Positions 1 through 7,332 of a stretch of DNA of 15,460 nt are shown here, piece by piece. The position numbers and the translations under genes are program-made. Source of the DNA: Pseudobdellovibrionaceae bacterium (GTDB lineage: Bacteria > Bdellovibrionota > Bdellovibrionia > Bdellovibrionales > Bdellovibrionaceae); NCBI GenBank assembly GCA_044359815.1, contig JBIKLL010000066.1, forward strand, positions 1 to 15,460, in the 5' to 3' direction. Position 1 is the first letter of the stretch. Each line of letters begins with the position of its first letter. The notes below the pieces were generated by a model. That model was given only the letters and a program-made list of their open reading frames with translations. It was not told where the DNA came from and ran no database searches.

Positions 1-244
1 TTTTATGCAGGGATATTTTATGCTCATCGCTTACAGAACCTTCAGAAATTCCCACAGCGCAATTGATAGGGCTATGGCGATCGGACTTTTTTGTGCCATG
101 GTAGCTTTTAATATTGGGTCTTTAACGGAATCAAATTTTGAACATGCCAAGGTCAGAATGGCTTTATTGATCGTTTGGTCACTATCCCTTTACCTGTATC
201 TGAACTTATCGAAAACTTTTACCAATCCAAAATCCAAACCTTAG
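1..244 (+). CDS. C-terminal part of an O-antigen ligase (Wzy_C/WaaL-like) family membrane protein; 5' end lies outside the window
   Basis: Hydrophobic helices flanking 'IGSLTESNF...VRMALLIVW', resembling the final 'GLTExxF' loop and TM helix of O-antigen ligase family proteins. Stop TAG at 242-244. Confidence 0.55.
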   Translation, partial: FMQGYFMLIAYRTFRNSHSAIDRAMAIGLFCAMVAFNIGSLTESNFEHAKVRMALLIVWSLSLYLYLNLSKTFTNPKSKP

Positions 245-317
245 TTACTGACTCATTTAAACTTAACTAAAATTTTAATTTCAAAATACTTTATTGCAAG
301 CAACTAAGAAAGTGCCT

Positions 318-1706
318 CTAAACGGCCTCTAGGTCCAAATCTTCAGTCTGTTTGGCTGACATATTTAACAACAACGCGACTTCGTGAATGGAGTGTTCCA
401 GCAACACCACTGACTGCACAAAGCTTTCAAAAGCCTCACCGCTAAGCCTGGAAGTTTCAATCAGATTTTTCATGGGATCTTCAATTGGAATGATAAACTC
501 ATTCATCTGATCAATAAACGGACCAAACAGTTCAGCAATTTTTTGCGACCGTTCGCCCTCTAGCTTACCGCCAATCCGGATTAAATCTAATCTGGTCACC
601 AAATCTTTAATTTGATTTGTGTTCTTTGATAGCAGTTTTAAATTTTCTAAAAACTTGCGCTGATATTTTACGTTGTCAGAGAACAATTTAACGATTTCAT
701 TGTTCATTGTTCTGGCGTCGTCGACCAGATTTGCCAGTTCGGCTTGGTTTTTAAATTTTCCGGCATACAAATCAGCGACGTTCTCTTGTACCTGAAACAT
801 CAGCATTTCGATCAGGGCTCTGGATGACAATACAGCAAAAACGACTTTTTCTGATTCGTTCATAATGTCGTTTGACATTGTTTTAAAACTTTTGAAATTT
901 TGCAAAACATCAGCGGCAATTTTCTGAAAGGTATTTGCAACAACAACCAGCGTTCGGCCGTCTTGGCCCAGATTGTGGGCTGCTATTGCCATATTGATGG
1001 ATAGGCTTTCAAGGTTTAAAAATGATCCTTCGATTATGTTTGCACAATCTGAAATTTGCTTATGCAATCCCTCAAATCCAAAATCTTTTCTGGAAAAATC
1101 TTTAAAGTTTCCAACCACTCGAAACAAAATCTGCTGAATGTCTAAAAACAAATTTTCGATGGTACTGCCGTTGGACCGGGTAATGGCATCCTTGGCTTTC
1201 ATTTTATCGTCTCTTGAAAACAGCTCAGTCATCAACGCATGTTTCATAAAATGATCATAGGATTTAAACCCAAGCTCATTGATTCTTTTGACTAAATAGC
1301 CCAGGGCCTCGTTCATCCCATGTTTGTCTTCATATTCCAGAACATCTTGGTACAAAGCTTTAATGACCGTCAGCAGTTCAGAGGTCGGCTTGAGCCTGAC
1401 AGATATGTACCCAGATTTGGTCGGAAAAATGCAAGCTAACACCCAATAGTATTTTCCGTTTTTAGATTTATTTTTAACGTAACCAACAAAAATTTTATCT
1501 AAAGCTATTTCGGTCCACACCAGTTTAAAAACACATCTGGGCATATTAGGGTGTCTGATAATGTTGTGAGGTTTACCAATTAAATCATTGCGATCGTATT
1601 CAGACACTCTGACAAACACATTGTTACCAGTTTGTATGATGCCTTTTTTGTTGGTTCTGGATACAAAGAGCTCTTCGACTGAATAAAAACTTTCTGATTC
1701 TTGCAT
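318..1706 (-). CDS. Aer-type PAS-domain protein with a degenerate methyl-accepting chemotaxis (MCP)-like helical C-terminus; probably soluble
   Basis: N-terminus 'ELFVSRTNKKGII..GNNVFVRVSEY...LIGKPHNIIRHPNMPRCVFKLVW...FVGYVKNKSKNGKYYWV...GYISVR' matches the FAD-binding Aer PAS pattern. 'LSINMAIAAHNLGQDGRTLVVVA' resembles the MCP hairpin tip. No obvious TM helix. Confidence 0.8.
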   Translation of the reverse strand: MQESESFYSVEELFVSRTNKKGIIQTGNNVFVRVSEYDRNDLIGKPHNIIRHPNMPRCVFKLVWTEIALDKIFVGYVKNKSKNGKYYWVLACIFPTKSGYISVRLKPTSELLTVIKALYQDVLEYEDKHGMNEALGYLVKRINELGFKSYDHFMKHALMTELFSRDDKMKAKDAITRSNGSTIENLFLDIQQILFRVVGNFKDFSRKDFGFEGLHKQISDCANIIEGSFLNLESLSINMAIAAHNLGQDGRTLVVVANTFQKIAADVLQNFKSFKTMSNDIMNESEKVVFAVLSSRALIEMLMFQVQENVADLYAGKFKNQAELANLVDDARTMNNEIVKLFSDNVKYQRKFLENLKLLSKNTNQIKDLVTRLDLIRIGGKLEGERSQKIAELFGPFIDQMNEFIIPIEDPMKNLIETSRLSGEAFESFVQSVVLLEHSIHEVALLLNMSAKQTEDLDLEAV

Positions 1707-1853
1707 TGTTTAATTTTATTTAGTTTTGTGAGTTTTTGTATTTGCAAAAGGTCCAGTCTGTACCTTCAAAAAAGCTGCGGGAATATTTGGCCCGTTTTTT
1801 AATTATTCTTCTGCCCACACTACTTAGGTAGTAATCAATTGATTCAGATCACG

Positions 1854-2981
1854 TTAAAACAAAATCCCGTCGCAGGATTTTTGATAGCCTTTGGGAGTTC
1901 TGCCTCTAAGATTTTTTGGCAGCAAATGACGATAGGTATCCCACTCAAGCCCCGTTTCCGTTACAAATTTATAAAACTGATTTACCAGAAACTGATCTTT
2001 CCCGTACGTCGGGAAAAAATGCGGCTCATATTTTAATGCCTGATCAAAAGTCTTCAGATACTCCAAACGCTTTTGCAGCAATTCGGCCAGCAAAATAAAC
2101 TGCTGCATCGATGTTTGTGCATATATGGACCTGATTTCTAATCTTTGCAAAGCTTCTGATTGGGTTTCGATGATTTCTTCCAAGTTTATATTTTGAAAAT
2201 GATCGGCCCCATCTAGCTCCGTCCAAATAAATGAAGTCGTATAGACCTTACGATTGATTTCATGTGTAAAAGCTAATCTGCTTGATTTTGATCTGTCATT
2301 TTGAACAAAAAATATATCAGAATACTTTTTTAAAACCTTTGCAAACTGTAACTGCTGAGCCCTGGTCTGAATGGCCAATGGAGGCCCATTAGCCAAATCA
2401 TTACCCAACACTCCACGAAACAATTCATGCCAATTTTGCATATCCACGATGAAATTAAAAAGGGTCTTGTTGGTAAATCCTGATCTGTTGCCGATCGAAA
2501 TATGGCCGGCAGACCCTGCAGTGGTAATCAAACCCATTTTTTTAACTGGTTCAAAAATATATTTTTCATACAGATCAGCTTTATTTTTGTAATAACCTAC
2601 TGTGTGGGGATCCCCAGTGATTTCGTAACCCCCTGCTCGCATAGCTACTGTAAATGTAAAGGAATCCATCCGGCTGGGGTTGACATTAATATACGCAGCT
2701 ATATCTGCATTGTGTTTTACAGATGCAATTATAATTGCTTCTGGAAAAAGCTCTTGATAGCTATTTAAAAATTGAATCAACGCTTCTTCATGAAGCTTTT
2801 GATCCTCGCTGGTGAAACTGACTGCTTTGGTTTTTGATAATTTCTTGGTGGTAAATTCAAACTCGTAGCCAAACAATGGCGGCCAAGCAAATGCATAACC
2901 TGCAGTAAAAACTAATATCAGTGACAGCACTACCAAGGCGCAAAAATTGTTTTTTTGAATATGCAATCTAGCCCCTAACAA
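1854..2981 (-). CDS. Secreted hypothetical protein with amidoligase / COOH-NH2 ligase (glutamate-cysteine ligase fold)-like motifs
   Basis: 375-aa ORF with a TTG start (start uncertain) and a signal-peptide-like segment ending AFA/WPP. Motifs FGYEFEF, GYEITGDP, SAGHISIG and RLEIRS appear in the order expected for this fold. Confidence 0.55.
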   Translation of the reverse strand: MLGARLHIQKNNFCALVVLSLILVFTAGYAFAWPPLFGYEFEFTTKKLSKTKAVSFTSEDQKLHEEALIQFLNSYQELFPEAIIIASVKHNADIAAYINVNPSRMDSFTFTVAMRAGGYEITGDPHTVGYYKNKADLYEKYIFEPVKKMGLITTAGSAGHISIGNRSGFTNKTLFNFIVDMQNWHELFRGVLGNDLANGPPLAIQTRAQQLQFAKVLKKYSDIFFVQNDRSKSSRLAFTHEINRKVYTTSFIWTELDGADHFQNINLEEIIETQSEALQRLEIRSIYAQTSMQQFILLAELLQKRLEYLKTFDQALKYEPHFFPTYGKDQFLVNQFYKFVTETGLEWDTYRHLLPKNLRGRTPKGYQKSCDGILF

Positions 2982-3083
2982 TTGTTTAAAATTTAATTTT
3001 TTCAGTTTATAGCAGAGGCATGAAGCCAGAGGCCAAATTAAAATTAACTTGGGTGCAATAATCCCAGGTGATATGCTGAATTT

Positions 3084-3878
3084 ATGAAAAATTTTGTCGC
3101 TGTAATTATTTTTTTAGGTTTTATTTCAGGATGCTCCAGTTCAACAGAAAGCGGTGAGGTCGGCGCTAACAGGAGCCAGTTTTTATTACTACCTAGCTCT
3201 TATATTGAAAACTCAGCTGCCAGCGGTTATCAGAAAACCATTGAAACCGCTCGTAGCAAAGGCCAATTGGACAGAAACCCTTCGCAGGTCGATAGAGTGC
3301 GAACCGTGGCTAAAAGACTGATCCCCCACACTGCCAATTTCAGAGCGGAAGCTCCCAGGTGGGACTGGCAAACCCATGTGATTACTTCTGATGAAATCAA
3401 TGCTTGGTGCATGCCTGGTGGTAAAATTGCTTTTTATTCTGGAATTATTGAAAAGCTGCAGCTGACTGACGGTGAAATTGCAGCCATCATGGGTCACGAA
3501 ATTGCCCACGCTCTGCGCGAACATGGCCGCGAAAGAATGAGTCAGGAATTGGTAAAGGTTTTAGGTATTCAGATTCTGGAACAGACTGGAAAAATTAATA
3601 GCGAAACTGCAGAAGCCGCGATGATAGTTTCCTCATTGGCAATTTCGCTGCCAAATAGCCGTGGTCAAGAATCCGAGGCTGATCGCATAGGTATGGAGCT
3701 GATGGCAAGAGCTGGTTACAACCCCAATGAAGCAGTGACCCTGTGGCGCAAAATGCAATCAGCCGGAGGCAAGAAAAACCTAGAGTTTTTAAGCACCCAT
3801 CCTTCAGATTCCACACGTATAGAAAATCTGGAACGATTGGCACCACAGCTGATGCATCTGTACACCAAAGCCAGATAA
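3084..3878 (+). CDS. M48 family zinc metallopeptidase lipoprotein (LoiP/Oma1-like)
   Basis: Lipobox-like ISG-C, 'INAWCMPGGKI', HEIAH zinc motif, 'SRGQESEADRIG', 'FLSTHPS..RI'. Confidence 0.92.
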   Translation: MKNFVAVIIFLGFISGCSSSTESGEVGANRSQFLLLPSSYIENSAASGYQKTIETARSKGQLDRNPSQVDRVRTVAKRLIPHTANFRAEAPRWDWQTHVITSDEINAWCMPGGKIAFYSGIIEKLQLTDGEIAAIMGHEIAHALREHGRERMSQELVKVLGIQILEQTGKINSETAEAAMIVSSLAISLPNSRGQESEADRIGMELMARAGYNPNEAVTLWRKMQSAGGKKNLEFLSTHPSDSTRIENLERLAPQLMHLYTKAR

Positions 3879-4016
3879 AGAAATTTATAGTTTGAACATC
3901 TTGGACAAATTTATGTTCCAGCTATGACTCGATGTGGTTTTATGCTTATTTTTTCACCATAAAACTTGTAATCGTTAATTTTTCAAGCAACCATTTTATT
4001 TAGAGGGTGAGGTTTG

Positions 4017-4634
4017 ATGAGACAATGGATTGTCTTAGTAATACTTGGCTTTACGGCAAACGGTTTTGCCCAGAAGCTACCGGATAAGCATTTACCACTG
4101 CCAATTGTCAGACAAGCAACAGATTATTCCTGCGGTGCTGCTGCTTTGCTGTCTGTTTTGACTTATTGGGGAGTTTCGGAAGATGCCGAATCAGATCTGT
4201 ATGAAGATTTGGGGACTACTCCCGAAAATGGAACCCATCCATCCAAGATTTCCGAAGTTGCCAAAAATCATAATCTGCAAGCGCGTATCCAAGAACGAAC
4301 GACTTTTCTAGAGCTAAAAGCTGCTTTGGCCGAAGGTGCGACCGTGATTTTGGATATTCAGGCCTGGAGGGATGATCCAAAAATTCCATGGAAAGACACT
4401 TGGGAAGCAGGTCATTATGTGAACCTGGTTGGATTAGATAATAAATTTATTTATGTCATGGATCCATCTGTTGGCAGCGGCTACGCCTATCTTCCAATAA
4501 ATGAGTTCTTTGAACGCTGGCATGATTACGAAATCGAAAACGGCAAAAGGCGTGAATACAAAAATCTGATGATTTATATCAAAGGGCAAAACCCACTGAC
4601 AAAATACCCTGAGAACTTGATCCGATTAAATTAG
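4017..4634 (+). CDS. Secreted stand-alone C39 family cysteine peptidase
   Basis: Signal peptide (..NGFA/Q), 'QATDYSCGAAAL' (catalytic Cys), 'GHYVNLVG' (His), 'YVMDPS' (Asp). Purine-rich SD upstream. Alternative TTG start at 4014. Confidence 0.88.
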   Translation: MRQWIVLVILGFTANGFAQKLPDKHLPLPIVRQATDYSCGAAALLSVLTYWGVSEDAESDLYEDLGTTPENGTHPSKISEVAKNHNLQARIQERTTFLELKAALAEGATVILDIQAWRDDPKIPWKDTWEAGHYVNLVGLDNKFIYVMDPSVGSGYAYLPINEFFERWHDYEIENGKRREYKNLMIYIKGQNPLTKYPENLIRLN

Positions 4635-4648
4635 CACCATGGTTTGAT

Positions 4649-4818
4649 CGTAAGTTGCTAAATCTTAAATTTAAAAATCTAAAATTTGATTTCATTTAAA
4701 AAGACCACAGCTCCTGCTTCTCTGCTCGGGCAGAGCCCCCGCCATCCAGGCTCCGCAGAGGGTCTTTTTAAATGAAATCAAATTTTAGATTTTTAAATTC
4801 AAGATTTAGCAACTTACG
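4649..4818. repeat. Long palindromic element: 58-bp inverted arms (1 mismatch) around a 54-bp GC-rich core; MITE/REP-like and/or bidirectional terminator
   Basis: Arm 4649-4706 (cgtaagttgc...aaaaagacc) is the reverse complement of 4761-4818 except for one A/C pair. The core contains the hairpin ctctgc-tcgg-gcagag. Lies between convergent genes. Confidence 0.92.
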
Positions 4819-4838
4819 GTGAGAAACCTTGTGGGAAT

Positions 4839-5900
4839 TTAAATTGAATGCAAATCCGTATCCGATAAAGCAAAGGCTTTATAATCATCACGACCAATAG
4901 TGGTTTTTGCAGCTAACAAAACTTTGATCATGGCCTCTTCGCAGGCATCGCTGGCAGCCTCGAACAAATCATCAATATAAAAATCCGAAATAAATTTGGA
5001 TTCAACCACAGGACTGATTGGTTTATGCGGGATTCTATTGGCCGTTGAAAAAGCCATAACCACATCACCACTGGAATGATAACTGATACCACCTGTTCTG
5101 GAAATTCCTAAAAAAGTTCGCTTAGCCAAACGATTTAGCTGTCTGGAATCCAGCGGAGCATCGGTTGCTACAATGACAACCACCGAGCCGTCTTTATATT
5201 TACCGGGCGTCGGCAATTTGATTTTTGGACCAATGTTATTGCCTAACAAGCTTAAGGTGTGTCGTTTGCCATGATTTGAATTTAATAAAACTCCAACACT
5301 ATAATCTTGATTTCCAATCGAAACTTTTCTGGATGAACTGCCAATACCACCCTTCAGTTCATACGCAATCATACCTGTACCGGCACCCACTGCGCCCTCT
5401 ATAACTGCCTGATCAGTCGCTGTTTCAATGGCTTTAAAAACATGTTCCTGCTGGATGTGCTGTCCCCTGATATCATTCAAGACACTGTCATCACATTCAA
5501 AAACCAATGGCGTGATCGTGTCGTCATCCACACCAAGCTCTGGATATTTTTCGGCCATCCAATTAACCAATGATCTCTGCACAGTTCCGACAGACAAGGT
5601 ATTTGTTAAAGCAATCGGAGTTTCCAACACTCCAGATTCTTGCAACCACATCAGTCCGCAGGCTTCGCCATTACCGTTCATGATAAAACTGCCAGCATTA
5701 AATTTGTATTTCCAAATGTCTTCGCTGGGTAAAATCACCGTCACACCTGTGCGTACAGGACCATGGCCAGGAACCAGTTTGCCGCTTCCTTCAATCAAAG
5801 TGCTGTGACCTACTCGAATTCCTTTAACATCAGTCAAAGAATTTTTTGGACCGTTTTCAAATCTGCCGAACTGAATTTTTCTATCCCCTACCCGAATCAT
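4839..5900 (-). CDS. dmpA: P1/S58 family peptidase (DmpA-like L-aminopeptidase/D-amidase)
   Basis: 'GPKNSLTDVKGIRVGH', 'RTGVTVILP', 'NGNGE', 'EGAVGAGTGM..ELKGGIGSSSR', autoprocessing site 'DG/SVVVIVATDAPL', and 'SGDVVMAFSTA'. Confidence 0.9.
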   Translation of the reverse strand: MIRVGDRKIQFGRFENGPKNSLTDVKGIRVGHSTLIEGSGKLVPGHGPVRTGVTVILPSEDIWKYKFNAGSFIMNGNGEACGLMWLQESGVLETPIALTNTLSVGTVQRSLVNWMAEKYPELGVDDDTITPLVFECDDSVLNDIRGQHIQQEHVFKAIETATDQAVIEGAVGAGTGMIAYELKGGIGSSSRKVSIGNQDYSVGVLLNSNHGKRHTLSLLGNNIGPKIKLPTPGKYKDGSVVVIVATDAPLDSRQLNRLAKRTFLGISRTGGISYHSSGDVVMAFSTANRIPHKPISPVVESKFISDFYIDDLFEAASDACEEAMIKVLLAAKTTIGRDDYKAFALSDTDLHSI

Positions 5901-6114
5901 TAAACTGCTATAACTTACCCTTTTTCAGCTTGGCAATACTTTGTGCAAATCATGCTACTGACGCAGTAGAACTGTTAGTCAGGTGACTAAACCTTGTCAT
6001 ATCAAGGGTTTCGAAAGCGTCTCATAATGAGAATCACCAGACTGAAGCTTTAAGGTCCGATTTGAATATGTTCAAATAGTGTTAAGACACTCAGTTCAAA
6101 ACGGGGGAACGAAA

Positions 6115-6396
6115 ATGAAAGCGGCTGTAATGCTTTTAATAATTTTTCTGGGAAATATAATATATGCCGAGGCCCAGAGCGTTAGCAATGGTACCGACTC
6201 CTACCTTCAACAAGCAATTCTGATAGCTTCTGACAAACACAGCGATGACAGTAAGGCGGCTCATGAACACGGGGAAGATCTATATTTCAAATACCGGTCT
6301 GTTTCTGACTGCCAGGGCAATTCTGATTGCATTTCAGGTTGGTGGAAGGCTCACAACGAAGAATCTAAGGAATCCAAAGAACCCAAGCCCTTTTAG
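6115..6396 (+). CDS. Small secreted hypothetical protein (93 aa)
   Basis: ATG at 6115 preceded by a GGGGGA SD. Signal peptide MKAAVMLLIIFLGNIIYAEA; a Cys pair (CQGNSDC). Confidence 0.6.
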   Translation: MKAAVMLLIIFLGNIIYAEAQSVSNGTDSYLQQAILIASDKHSDDSKAAHEHGEDLYFKYRSVSDCQGNSDCISGWWKAHNEESKESKEPKPF

Positions 6397-6506
6397 ATCT
6401 AATTGAATTTAACCAGTCGCCACGATTTTACCCGTGGCATAAACATTGAACTTTATGTTTGTAGATTAAAGCTCTGATGCAAACACAGACACTTACAGAG
6501 GATTAA

Positions 6507-7190
6507 ATGCGTTTTACTGTTAATGGCCTATACACTGTCATTACAAAATCCGGCTGGGATAAATACCTGCTGGCCACAGCTTTATTGCTGTTTTGCGTGG
6601 CCTCGAACGCCAAACAATCTAAAGTTAAAATGCCTACCAAAATTTACGAACCTAAACCGATCACAATCATCAAAATGACCTCAGGGTCCACCCAAATAAT
6701 CACAGAATCTGCTGTCACTCGTGATAAAACTGCCGTCGAAAAGATTCCCAATGCTGTATCCATTGAAGCCGGTGGTAAAGGAATCATGTACAGTGTGAAT
6801 TTTGACCGACTGTTGGATTCACAGTGGGCGATCGGTGCTGGCTATTCATTTTATTCACTGGGAACTGCTGACAAAGGCGCAAACATGGCCGTAGTGCCAG
6901 TTTATTCAAATTTTTATTTTACCCAAGAATTTAATCGATACTTTGTGATAGGTGGCTTGGATATCGTCAATGTTCAAATACGTTCTAATAGCGCCAATCC
7001 CACAGACCAAGATAAAATTTTTGAAATCGGAAAAACTCAGCTAAAAAACTCGGTCATTCCAATATTTTTAGCAGGAACAGGCTGGGAGCTCAGAAGCCGA
7101 TCTGGATTTCTTTTCCGAGCCACAGGATATCTGACTTATTTGACTGAAATCCAGCCATGGGCCGGAATTTCCGTCGGTGGCGTTTACTAA
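6507..7190 (+). CDS. Putative small outer-membrane beta-barrel protein
   Basis: AGAGGA SD, hydrophobic signal-like segment (LLATALLLFCVASNA), alternating amphipathic beta-strands rich in Gly/aromatics, C-terminal aromatic residue (GISVGGVY). Confidence 0.6.
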   Translation: MRFTVNGLYTVITKSGWDKYLLATALLLFCVASNAKQSKVKMPTKIYEPKPITIIKMTSGSTQIITESAVTRDKTAVEKIPNAVSIEAGGKGIMYSVNFDRLLDSQWAIGAGYSFYSLGTADKGANMAVVPVYSNFYFTQEFNRYFVIGGLDIVNVQIRSNSANPTDQDKIFEIGKTQLKNSVIPIFLAGTGWELRSRSGFLFRATGYLTYLTEIQPWAGISVGGVY

Positions 7191-7323
7191 AAAATTGTTT
7201 TTTTGTCGGTATAAAAATATTCTTTGTTGCCACTTGCATCATCAGTAAAAATAATCCCCAAATCTCAGAATGAACTTGAAACAACAAGCTTTAAAAAATA
7301 TTCCATATATATAGCATTCTACA

Positions 7324-7329
7324 AGGGGG
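7324..7329 (+). promoter_or_regulatory. Ribosome-binding site of the first operon gene
   Basis: AGGGGG immediately upstream of ATG 7333. Confidence 0.55.
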
Positions 7330-7332
7330 AAT

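Noticed and set aside
245..317. Possible degenerate remnant of the 4649-4818 arm (aaattttaatttcaaaa...gcaactaag) between convergent genes
   Set aside because: The similarity is mostly A/T runs, and only 7-bp inverted repeats are present; not distinguishable from chance.
6435..6450. Possible sigma-54 promoter TGGCATAAACATTGAA upstream of the 6507 gene, overlapping a 6-bp hairpin (6419-6438)
   Set aside because: Spacing is right but the -12 element is GA rather than the conserved GC; cannot be supported without transcription start data.
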